Shown here piece after piece: positions 18,092 to 25,772 of a stretch of 64,000 nt of DNA; positions within the stretch are counted from its first letter, which is position 1, and each line of letters begins with the position of its first letter. Position numbers and translations under genes: made by a program. The stretch is from a candidate division WWE3 bacterium. GTDB taxonomy: Bacteria > Patescibacteriota > WWE3 > JAUXAW01. A model generated the notes under the pieces. The model had not been told where the DNA came from. It searched no databases and saw only the letters and a list, made by a program, of their open reading frames with translations. The DNA lies in assembly GCA_030619715.1 (NCBI GenBank), contig JAUXAW010000002.1, forward strand, positions 1,221 to 65,220. The letters run 5' to 3'.

Positions 18092-18331
18092 TTCTCCATC
18101 CTCCTTCGCTCCCACCTTCGCTAAAGCTTCGGCGGGCAAGAAAGCTACGGAGGACCTTCGGCCTTCAAATTCCTCAACTAAGAAAGTTCGCCCTTTGGAG
18201 TTCCCCTACGGGTAAATTTGTCACTCCAGCCGACCGCAGTAAGTTTTGGTATAATTGAGTCAAGATGGTAACAAGAAATAGACTTTTGGCGGCTGGAGTT
18301 TTGCTTTTTGCATTAGTCATTCTTTGATCAA

Positions 18332-20257
18332 ATGGAGAAAAGATTATCCGTCTCGGTTAAAAAAATTGTTGGTCAGCCGAATCCCAAGGAGGGTAAATGG
18401 TCGGATTGTTTGGTTTTTGAACCGGAAGATGAGCACCGGATTAAAACTCGCGGCCGCCTCTTTGCCGTTTTGGATCTAACCGGTAGCACCGCTCTGGACC
18501 TAGCTCATTTCGGCAGGCTTAGTTTGGAAACTCTCAGGGAAGAATATTACGCCTCGGAAGAAACATCCCCGCTTAAGGCCTTAGAAGAAGCAATTCACAA
18601 AGCCCAGCACCGTTTGGTCGAGTTGGTCTTCGGTCCCAAGGGCGCCGTTGCCGACAGTGCCTTAAACTACAATTTTGCCGCCGCTGCCCTTTGGGGAACA
18701 ATTTTATACTTAGCCAAATTTGGCGCCTCGGGTCTTTATCTCTATCGAGGGAAGGTAATTGAGGAATTAGGGGAGGCGAAGGATGAAAAAGTTTTCAGCG
18801 CTTCGGGAATGGTGCGGGACGACGATGTGGTGATTTTGGGCTCAAGTGATTTTCGGCACACCTTTTCCGTCGGTGAACTACCCGAGTCCCTGGACAAGTT
18901 GGAATCTTTGGTCGCCGACCTCGGCAATCCTCCGGGGGTTTCGGTGCTGGTCCTGCGGCTTAAATTGGCGTCGGTGCCGGGCAAAGAAGAGGTGTTGGAG
19001 ATTGCGCCGGTGGTGAGGAGAGAGTCTCGTTTCGAGAAGTTGATTTCGTCGCTCTCCGAAAAAATTCGTACCCTTGTTCCTTTGGGACAGAAACCTCCGG
19101 AGATCTACGTTGAGCGAGAGGGAGAGGAAAGAATTCGTCCTCGGAAAAGACGGATACCCAAGGCTGCGCTTTTAGTTTTGGTCTCTCTGTTCCTAGCGGC
19201 TAGTGCGTTTACGATCAAAAGGCGTCAGAAAATTTTTAGGGCCTCCGAGGCGACCAAGTTGATTTCGGGAGCGGAGCAAACGATTTCCGACGCTCGGCAG
19301 TATGTTGACCTCAACAATTCACGCGCCCGGGAACTTTTGCTTCAGGCCCAATCGGACTTGCAAGCGGTGGGGGAGTTGGGGATTGAGTTGGCGGTGGTTG
19401 AGGAAGAGTTGGCCGAGATCAGGTCGCTGCTAGACGAAGTTAACAAGGTCAAAAGATTGAAAGATTTGGAAATTTTTTATGATTTGACGATTCAAAGCCC
19501 CTCCGCTTCTCCCACTTCGATTGCGGGAGACGGTGAGTCTCTATTTGTGACCGATCCCGCTTCGGAGGTTGTTTATCAAATCTCATCCGCCTCTGGCGGG
19601 CCGCCTGAAGTGGAGAATGCCGCCGGTCAGAAAGTTCTAGGAGCAAGGGTCATAAGAATTGTTGATGATAGACTTTTTATCTCCGGGGTAGAGGGAGTTT
19701 CGCAGTTGGATCTTAGAACCTTGGAGCTTGGGGTGGATTTGGTCGCCGGAGATTTTGTGATTGAGGATATCAAGGATTTAGGGATCTATTTTGGGAATGT
19801 TTATCTTTTGATTCCTTCCCAAAACCAGATCTTGCGGGCGGTGGTGGTTGAGGGTGGAGAGTATTCAACGGCGAAGTATTGGGTTACAACGGAGAACCCG
19901 CCTCTGGCGGACGCGGTTTCGATGACCATTGATGGGTTTATCTATGTTCTGAAGTCTAGTGGTGAGGTTTTGAAATTTGAGAAGGGGGAGCTTGTATTGG
20001 ATTCTCGCCTCAAAGAACTCGACCAGCCATTTTCCGACCCGCGGGCAATTTTCACGACGACCGATTCCGAATACCTTTATATCTTAGACGCCGGCAACAA
20101 GCGCATCGTCGTTACGGACAAGGACGGTCTTTACCAATCGCAATACCTCTGCGAGGGCGAGGGAGCATTTGCAGACCCTAAAGGTCTGTTTGTTGACGAG
20201 GTTGGAGGAGTAATCTATCTTCTGGACGGGACGAAGATTTACAAGATTGCTCTCTGA
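18332..20257 (+). CDS. transmembrane PP2C-type Ser/Thr phosphatase with extracellular NHL-repeat beta-propeller
   Basis: N-terminal PPM motifs (RLFAVLDLTGS, AAAALWGTILYLAKFGASGLYLYRG, DDDVVILGSSDF). Central TM (ALLVLVSLFLAASAF). C-terminal NHL-like repeats (YILDAGNKRIVVTDKDG). Confidence 0.55.
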   Translation: MEKRLSVSVKKIVGQPNPKEGKWSDCLVFEPEDEHRIKTRGRLFAVLDLTGSTALDLAHFGRLSLETLREEYYASEETSPLKALEEAIHKAQHRLVELVFGPKGAVADSALNYNFAAAALWGTILYLAKFGASGLYLYRGKVIEELGEAKDEKVFSASGMVRDDDVVILGSSDFRHTFSVGELPESLDKLESLVADLGNPPGVSVLVLRLKLASVPGKEEVLEIAPVVRRESRFEKLISSLSEKIRTLVPLGQKPPEIYVEREGEERIRPRKRRIPKAALLVLVSLFLAASAFTIKRRQKIFRASEATKLISGAEQTISDARQYVDLNNSRARELLLQAQSDLQAVGELGIELAVVEEELAEIRSLLDEVNKVKRLKDLEIFYDLTIQSPSASPTSIAGDGESLFVTDPASEVVYQISSASGGPPEVENAAGQKVLGARVIRIVDDRLFISGVEGVSQLDLRTLELGVDLVAGDFVIEDIKDLGIYFGNVYLLIPSQNQILRAVVVEGGEYSTAKYWVTTENPPLADAVSMTIDGFIYVLKSSGEVLKFEKGELVLDSRLKELDQPFSDPRAIFTTTDSEYLYILDAGNKRIVVTDKDGLYQSQYLCEGEGAFADPKGLFVDEVGGVIYLLDGTKIYKIAL

Positions 20258-20265
20258 GGAACTCG

Positions 20266-20715
20266 ATGGTGAAATTGATTGCCGAAAACCGCAGGGCTTT
20301 GGCAAATTACGAGATTGAGGAGAAGTTTGAGGCGGGGATTAGATTGACCGGCGCCGAGATAAAATCGGTCCGCCAGAGGCGGATTGATTTGCGGGGAAGT
20401 TTTGTCAAGATAGTTGATGACGAACCGTACGTTTTGAATCTTAAAATTCACCGGTATACACCTTCCGGCGACCGCGAATACGATCCCAAAAGAACTCGTA
20501 AGCTTTTGTTACAAAAACATCAGATTAAGCGACTGATAGGTAAAGACTCACAGAAAGGAGTAATGATTGTACCCTTAAGACTTTATCTTAAGAATAATGT
20601 GGCCAAGTTGGAGATTGGGGTGGGCAGGAAGAGAAAAAAATATGATAAGCGTGAGGTGCTTAAAGAACGTGACGACCGGCGGCGAGTAGAGCGAGAGACC
20701 CAAGAGAGACTATGA
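20266..20715 (+). CDS. smpB: SsrA-binding protein SmpB
   Basis: ENRRALANYEIEEKFEAGIRLTGAEIKSVR... is the canonical SmpB N-terminus. 149 aa. Confidence 0.9.
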   Translation: MVKLIAENRRALANYEIEEKFEAGIRLTGAEIKSVRQRRIDLRGSFVKIVDDEPYVLNLKIHRYTPSGDREYDPKRTRKLLLQKHQIKRLIGKDSQKGVMIVPLRLYLKNNVAKLEIGVGRKRKKYDKREVLKERDDRRRVERETQERL

Positions 20716-21482
20716 GCCCCGAACCCTCTTTACTATCACATAAACGCTCCCGAAACACTTTACTAACGGGAATAAAAACCATTGTGGAAAAGTGGGGGAG
20801 AAGTGTTTTAGATTTTATTTTTCCTCTACGCTGCCCCGGCTGCAACAAGAAAGGTACCTGGTTTTGCGACGACTGTTTGGCCAAGCTGACTTTTCTTGAA
20901 ACCTTTCCCTGCGCCGTTTGTGGCAAAGAGGCGATCAAGGGAATAACCCATCCCCGCTGTCAAACAAAGTATACGTTGGATCGGCTGATCAGTATCTACC
21001 AATATGAGGGCCCGATCAAGAAGGCGATTGCCTGGCTGAAATATAAAGATGTGACCGGTCTGGCCAAAATCCTTGCCAATCTAATGGTCGAGGAGGTACG
21101 AGAGTTAGGAATCGAGTTTGGTTCGAAAACGATCATTATCCCCGTCCCCCTGCATTGGAAAAGAGCTTGGGATCGGGGCTTTAATCAGGCCGAACTTTTG
21201 GCCCGACCTTTTGGTAAGAGCTTGGGTCTTGAGGTCCGAGACGACCTTTTGCGAAGGACGCGGCACACCGAGCCGCAGATTAGGTTAAAACACGATCAGC
21301 GGCAAAAAAACGTTTCCGGAGCGTTTGCCGTTCCGGATTCAAAGAGAAACGAGGTCAAGAACAAGGATTTTCTCCTCGTTGACGATGTCTGTACCACCGG
21401 GGCCACCCTTGATGCCTGCGCCAACGCCCTCAAGCGCGCCGGCGCTCGCTATGTTTGGGCTCTTACTTTAGCGGGGGATTGA
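20712..21482 (+). CDS. comF: ComF-family protein (double zinc ribbon plus phosphoribosyltransferase domain)
   Basis: CPGCNK...CDDC...CAVCGK...HPRC zinc ribbons. C-terminal PRTase motif FLLVDDVCTTGATL. ATGA overlap with smpB. Confidence 0.85.
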   Translation: MSPEPSLLSHKRSRNTLLTGIKTIVEKWGRSVLDFIFPLRCPGCNKKGTWFCDDCLAKLTFLETFPCAVCGKEAIKGITHPRCQTKYTLDRLISIYQYEGPIKKAIAWLKYKDVTGLAKILANLMVEEVRELGIEFGSKTIIIPVPLHWKRAWDRGFNQAELLARPFGKSLGLEVRDDLLRRTRHTEPQIRLKHDQRQKNVSGAFAVPDSKRNEVKNKDFLLVDDVCTTGATLDACANALKRAGARYVWALTLAGD

Positions 21483-21558
21483 AACCTCTCTACCTATTGG
21501 TGTTTAACGTTTGCGGATATACGAAGTCCTGATCTTAATTTTATCAGTCGAAAAACCT

Positions 21559-21822
21559 TTACTCATCCCACTCAATCAAATACATCCCGTGTTTTTCCAT
21601 CTGATTCGGGGTCCAGTATCTGGTCGGACTCCCATGCTTGGTAACTCTGCCTACCTTTTTAACACACTGTCTTCCGGTATACTCTTTTGTTTCGGGATCC
21701 CACTCCCTGAATACTATTTCATCACCGGCCTCTAATTCAAAGTCAGCCAGGCGGAAATCAACAGGGAGTTGTTGATCATTCTCAAACATGTCCGGCCAGA
21801 TCTTTTTTTCAATTCTTCTCAT
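21559..21822 (-). CDS. DUF3850-domain protein (PUA-like/ASCH-like)
   Basis: 87 aa. Paralog of 24952-25233 (shared KKIWP.YFE/ADFE...GD motifs). Confidence 0.65.
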   Translation of the reverse strand: MRRIEKKIWPDMFENDQQLPVDFRLADFELEAGDEIVFREWDPETKEYTGRQCVKKVGRVTKHGSPTRYWTPNQMEKHGMYLIEWDE

Positions 21823-21955
21823 TTGAACAATATAGTGTATAACTCGTTTTTATACGAAGTGTTTTCGTAAAACAACATCTTGATTTTATCATAATTTTAC
21901 GGATTGTGTGAAAACGGTTGATTTTTTCGGGGTTTGATGGTAGTATTTGTTTGCT

Positions 21956-22040
21956 GGAGGGTTGGCAGAGTGGTAATGCAGCGGCTTGCTAAGCCGTAAT
22001 CCTGACGGATTCACAGGTTCGAATCCTGTACCCTCCGCCA
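21956..22040 (+). tRNA. tRNA-Ser (anticodon GCT)
   Basis: Manual fold: acceptor ggagggt/accctcc, anticodon stem gcggc/gccgt, loop ttGCTaa, long variable arm, T-loop ttcgaat, encoded CCA. Preceded by promoter-like ttgatt..17..tggtagtat. Confidence 0.85.
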
Positions 22041-22041
22041 T

Positions 22042-22130
22042 GGAGGAGTGGCCGAGCGGTTTATGGCGCTGGTCTTGAAAACCAGTGGCGCGAAAGCGCC
22101 TCGCAGGTTCGAATCCTGTCTCCTCCGCCA
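22042..22130 (+). tRNA. tRNA-Ser (anticodon TGA)
   Basis: Anticodon stem ctggt/accag, loop ctTGAaa, long variable arm, CCA encoded. 1 nt after the previous tRNA. Confidence 0.85.
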
Positions 22131-22144
22131 CGTAAAAAATTATC

Positions 22145-22666
22145 ATGCCCGAAGAAGTAAAAGAAATAAACAAGTTTGTTTCTGACGAAATAAAAACTTT
22201 AGTTTCTTGGAAATCGCCGCTGCGGATTTTCAAAAAGCGGGACAAAAAGCACTTTACCAATTTAATTTTGGTCGTCTTTATCATCTCCCTCGTCTTGATC
22301 TTTTTCAAAGAGTTTCTGCTGGTCGGGGTGATTCTGGCTTTGGTTTTCGTCGCCTATGTCAATTCAAGTGTTGAGCCGCCGGAATTTGAGCACAAGATCA
22401 CGACCCAGGGCTTAACCTCCGGGGGGCACACTTATCTTTGGGACGAGTTGAAGGAGTTTTGGCTGGTTAAAAAGGATCGGCAGACGGTCCTAAACATCGA
22501 TACTAAGGTGCGGTTTCCCGGACGGCTTTTCATCGTCCTTAATGAGGGAAATGTGGAGGAGGTCAGGCAGGCTCTTTCTAAGTATATTTCCTTCCGCGAG
22601 CAGCCAAAAGTCGCCTGGCTCGACCAGCTGACCGATTGGTTTTCTCAAAAACTACAACTAGGTTGA
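22145..22666 (+). CDS. hypothetical membrane protein (2 TM)
   Basis: 173-aa ORF between tRNA pairs. Hydrophobic segment LILVVFIISLVLIFFKEFLLVGVILALVFVAYV. Confidence 0.5.
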   Translation: MPEEVKEINKFVSDEIKTLVSWKSPLRIFKKRDKKHFTNLILVVFIISLVLIFFKEFLLVGVILALVFVAYVNSSVEPPEFEHKITTQGLTSGGHTYLWDELKEFWLVKKDRQTVLNIDTKVRFPGRLFIVLNEGNVEEVRQALSKYISFREQPKVAWLDQLTDWFSQKLQLG

Positions 22667-22742
22667 GCGCCCATGGCTTAATGGACAGAGCGCATCCTTG
22701 CGGAGGATGAGGTTGCAGGTTCGAATCCTGCTGGGCGCGCCA
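22667..22742 (+). tRNA. tRNA-Arg (anticodon read as GCG)
   Basis: 76 nt. Acceptor gcgccca/tgggcgc, anticodon stem catcc/ggatg (5 bp, perfect), loop ttGCGga, T-loop ttcgaat, CCA. G34 rather than the usual bacterial A34. Confidence 0.7.
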
Positions 22743-22764
22743 TCCGCCAAAGGCGGATTTGCGT

Positions 22765-22853
22765 GGAGGAGTAGCCAAGTGGTCATACGGCGCCGCTCTC
22801 GAAAAGCGTGCGGGTGAAAGCCCACGTGGGTTCGAATCCCACCTCCTCCGCCA
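22765..22853 (+). tRNA. tRNA-Ser (anticodon CGA)
   Basis: Loop ctCGAaa, long variable arm gggtgaaagcccac, T-loop ttcgaat, CCA. Preceded by small hairpin tccgccaaaggcgga. Confidence 0.8.
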
Positions 22854-22862
22854 TACCACCGT

Positions 22863-23564
22863 TTAGTTGTACACCTCCCAAATCCAAAAGGCGCGATCGA
22901 ACTCGAGCCAGGAGACTTTTGCTTTCTGACAGGCGATTTTCCAAATTTGATCCACTTTTTGGCGATCTTCGCGGTTGTAATCTTCTTTGTTAATAAATCC
23001 CCACTCATAAGTCAGTCGTAGTTTGTGGCGGTCGATTGGCATCGGGACTTTATTGATGTCAGGGTAGGGAAGTTTGAAGGTATTAACCATGCTTCGAAAA
23101 AACAAATCTCCCGTCTTTTTTCCAAACCCGCGAAACTGATAGATATTTTTTAAGACCTCCAGAGCTGCGGGTTTGTTGAAGATTTCAAAAACATCGCCGT
23201 TGAATTCGGCTAGCAGTTTTTGGGAATTGACTACCCATCTTTTGGCGGCCTCATTGGGGAAGCGGGCGTGGAGGAATTGAAGTGATAGCTTAGCCAGTCT
23301 TTTTTCGTCTGCCCTAGATAGCCTCTTGGGATCTAATAATTCCCTCCTCTCTTTAAATAATTCGTTTGCTCCTTGGTAGAGAGTCGTTGATCTCATTCCG
23401 TAATCAAGGACGGTAACGAGAAATAAGAAAACCGCCTTCTCTTGCCTGTTTGCCCAATCAGGCACCCAATCTTCGACGTTAATCTTGTTCTGGAAAACTC
23501 CTTTTCGAGCGCGAAAATCGGCCACCAACTTTTTGACAATTTGTTCTGGTGTTTTGGTTTTCAT
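22863..23564 (-). CDS. HhH-GPD superfamily DNA glycosylase-like protein
   Basis: Start taken at ATG 23564 (MKTKTPEQ...), which avoids overlap with the next gene. HhH motif FRGFGKKTGDLFF and downstream PIDRHKLR resemble the EndoIII-type hairpin and catalytic Asp region. Confidence 0.5.
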   Translation of the reverse strand: MKTKTPEQIVKKLVADFRARKGVFQNKINVEDWVPDWANRQEKAVFLFLVTVLDYGMRSTTLYQGANELFKERRELLDPKRLSRADEKRLAKLSLQFLHARFPNEAAKRWVVNSQKLLAEFNGDVFEIFNKPAALEVLKNIYQFRGFGKKTGDLFFRSMVNTFKLPYPDINKVPMPIDRHKLRLTYEWGFINKEDYNREDRQKVDQIWKIACQKAKVSWLEFDRAFWIWEVYN

Positions 23565-23568
23565 ACAA

Positions 23569-24036
23569 CTACTCCCGCCGCTTGATTTTGTTGATGTCGT
23601 CAGTTGTAATCCAAGCCGCCATTGTGCCGAAGCTGGTTTTGTCGATCGTGAAAGGTTTAACTTTTTCGACCGAATCGAGAAAGACAAAGATAGCGTAGTT
23701 TTTGTTGAGGATGTAGTTTTTAATCTCTCTGGGTATGGCTTCGAGGCCGAGGTCTTTTTTGGCGTGCTTTTTCATAACTTCTAACGCGTGATCGTTGTTT
23801 TTGATTTCGTATTGGAGAACCTTGGAGACTCTGGTTTTGACGGTAACCGGTTCTCCCGAGTTTTTGAAATAAAGATTATCTCCCGGATGAATCCGGTCCC
23901 ACGGCGTTATCTTTGATTTGTACCATCGCGACTCGGCGATCCTTGTTCCGTCTAGGATTTTAGGGATCAATCCCCACGACTTCTTCATAATCGCCACGTG
24001 GTCGCGTTTTGGTAAATCCCTAAGCGGTAGTTTCAT
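23569..24036 (-). CDS. ASCH-domain protein (PUA-like fold)
   Basis: 155 aa. ASCH-like N-terminus (ILDGTRIAESRWYK...GDNLYFK). Confidence 0.55.
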   Translation of the reverse strand: MKLPLRDLPKRDHVAIMKKSWGLIPKILDGTRIAESRWYKSKITPWDRIHPGDNLYFKNSGEPVTVKTRVSKVLQYEIKNNDHALEVMKKHAKKDLGLEAIPREIKNYILNKNYAIFVFLDSVEKVKPFTIDKTSFGTMAAWITTDDINKIKRRE

Positions 24037-24094
24037 TTCTAACCGATTTTAGCATAGTGTGAGAAGGGAAGGTGTGGAGAAGTTTTCCATTAAA

Positions 24095-24198
24095 CTCACG
24101 ATCGTGAGTTTAAATACCCCATTTTTAAAAAGTTTTGAAAGTTTGAAATGTCTTGAAACTTTCAAGAAAAGACCGTCTTTAATTCACGATCGTGAGTT
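24095..24198. promoter_or_regulatory. two direct copies of palindrome-containing motif (t)tcacgatcgtgagtt flanking an imperfect palindrome ttgaaagtttgaaatgtcttgaaactttcaag
   Basis: Read directly. Copies at 24096-24111 and 24183-24198. Lies upstream of the tRNA-Arg(CCG) promoter (tgttacaat at about 24252). Confidence 0.4.
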
Positions 24199-24270
24199 AA
24201 CCGCGCTCTATTATGAAATAGGGTGGGGATTGGGTTTTAGGGCTGGGTGTGTTACAATGTGGGTGGTTGT

Positions 24271-24346
24271 GCCTCCGTAGCTTAATGGACAGAGCGTCGG
24301 TTTCCGGAACCGAAGGTTGTGAGTTCGAGTCTCGCCGGAGGCGCCA
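24271..24346 (+). tRNA. tRNA-Arg (anticodon CCG)
   Basis: Acceptor gcctccg/cggaggc, anticodon stem tcggt/accga, loop ttCCGga, T-loop ttcgagt, CCA encoded. Confidence 0.85.
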
Positions 24347-24350
24347 CCCT

Positions 24351-24944
24351 TTACAATAAATGATCGGGGATTGGAAATTTTTTGAACTCCTCAAGTAACG
24401 GTTTCCCAAAAACAAATCTCGAAAATGCCTCGGCCTCTACTTTTGCACCGGTAAGCGCGTTGTGTGGTTTTGGCTCATCTGGCAATCCCACATAGTTCAA
24501 AATTTTGTCTAAGTTTAGAGCCGTTCTCCCTTCCTTGCTGGGTGGAGCTATGCCTCTTTTGAGGTGGTGAAAATGGCAGATGGAGTGTAAATCTACAGTT
24601 CTGTGGCCGAGCGCCCACCCGATACCGTACCTCTCCGCTGACGCTTTCAGAAAACCTTTGTCAAACGAGGGGTCTTGGCCAGCAAGCGTTTTTTCTTGCA
24701 ATTTTTCTACCCACCCAAAAAATCCTTTTATTACTTCTTCTAAAGTTTTCTTGTTGGGATCTCTAACTTCTTTCTCGGAGAAACCGTTTACTTCCAACGC
24801 TTCTTGTGATACTTCCGCACCATCCCAAATTCTACATTCTTGATAAAACTGATTTTCGGGATTGGAAAAATTAACAGCACCGATACTGACGATAGAGTGT
24901 TTTCTAAGGTCTAATCCTGTTGTTTCAACATCAACAACGATCAT
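24351..24944 (-). CDS. DEDDh 3'-5' exonuclease (DnaQ/epsilon-like)
   Basis: Start at ATG 24944 (MIVVDVETTGLD...). Exo I motif DVETTG; later H..D motifs. Confidence 0.75.
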   Translation of the reverse strand: MIVVDVETTGLDLRKHSIVSIGAVNFSNPENQFYQECRIWDGAEVSQEALEVNGFSEKEVRDPNKKTLEEVIKGFFGWVEKLQEKTLAGQDPSFDKGFLKASAERYGIGWALGHRTVDLHSICHFHHLKRGIAPPSKEGRTALNLDKILNYVGLPDEPKPHNALTGAKVEAEAFSRFVFGKPLLEEFKKFPIPDHLL

Positions 24945-24951
24945 AGGGATT

Positions 24952-25233
24952 TTACTCAAACCTGGACTTCTTCCTGATCGCCAGGACGACGAAGCCGTGC
25001 TTTTCGATTTCCTCTTTCGTATGGAACTTTTCCATCTCTTTCGTGTTGAATTTATACAGAACCTCACATTCTATTTCTCGCCCGGTGAGGTCTTTAGTTC
25101 TCTGTTTTTGTTCTTTGAGAACGAGGGTATCGCCGGGTTGGCATTCAAAATCGGCCAACCGAACCTCAAAAGGTTTCTTGCCTTCTACCACGGCTTCAAA
25201 ATATTTTTGCTGAACCTTCTTCTCGATTTTCAT
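24952..25233 (-). CDS. DUF3850-domain protein, paralog of 21559-21822
   Basis: 93 aa. QQKYFEAVVEGKKPFEVRLADFECQPGDTLVLKE. Confidence 0.65.
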   Translation of the reverse strand: MKIEKKVQQKYFEAVVEGKKPFEVRLADFECQPGDTLVLKEQKQRTKDLTGREIECEVLYKFNTKEMEKFHTKEEIEKHGFVVLAIRKKSRFE

Positions 25234-25280
25234 AACTTAATTTGCTTAGTAACCGCTTTCTTCGTATAATATCACATGCT

Positions 25281-25370
25281 GGAGGAGTCGCATAGTGGCC
25301 TAGTGCGCACGCCTGGAAAGCGTGTTTACCCGCAAGGGTATCGTGGGTTCGAATCCCACCTCCTCCGCCA
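25281..25370 (+). tRNA. tRNA-Ser (anticodon GGA)
   Basis: Anticodon stem cacgc/gcgtg, loop ctGGAaa, long variable arm, CCA encoded. Confidence 0.85.
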
Positions 25371-25418
25371 CCACCACCCCCCAATCCTTAAGAGACTTTA
25401 TGATAAAATCAAGGGGAA

Positions 25419-25709
25419 GTGGAAAAGGAAATCGCTGATAAAATAACTCACACCCTTCTTGGCTTTTCGAGCGGTTTTATATTTGCGTTCCTGTTGTGGA
25501 AGATTACCGCATCCAAAATTGGTTATCTAACTCACCAAGGGGGTTATCATTTCCACCACAGCCTTTTTGGATTGTTGGCGTTTCTTTTTATTCCTATATT
25601 CCGAAGTGATTCTAACAAGACGTTTTTTATTGTGGGTTTTGGTCTGGGGGTAATATTACAACATACAATCAAGGAGAGGTTCGTGTTTATCACCAAAGAT
25701 AGTATCTGA
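25419..25709 (+). CDS. small membrane protein (3 TM)
   Basis: 96-aa hydrophobic ORF following the tRNA. Confidence 0.4.
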   Translation: MEKEIADKITHTLLGFSSGFIFAFLLWKITASKIGYLTHQGGYHFHHSLFGLLAFLFIPIFRSDSNKTFFIVGFGLGVILQHTIKERFVFITKDSI

Positions 25710-25772
25710 GTTGCTCTGATCTATCACCAAAACTACACAAAATACATCATTTCCTGCTAAAATAGAGATACT

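Noticed and set aside
21889-23008. Minus-strand ORFs 21889-22308, 22578-22859, 22658-23008 (139, 93, 116 aa)
   Set aside because: They lie antisense across four well-formed tRNA genes and the hypothetical gene between them. G-rich translations are typical of tRNA antisense artefacts.
25371-25400. Similarity between the sequence downstream of tRNA-Ser(GGA) (caccaccaccccccaatcct) and the cassette promoter module (ccccacccccaccccaaaatct)
   Set aside because: Too short and C-rich to distinguish from chance. Noted only as a possible hint that the module derives from a tRNA-adjacent site.
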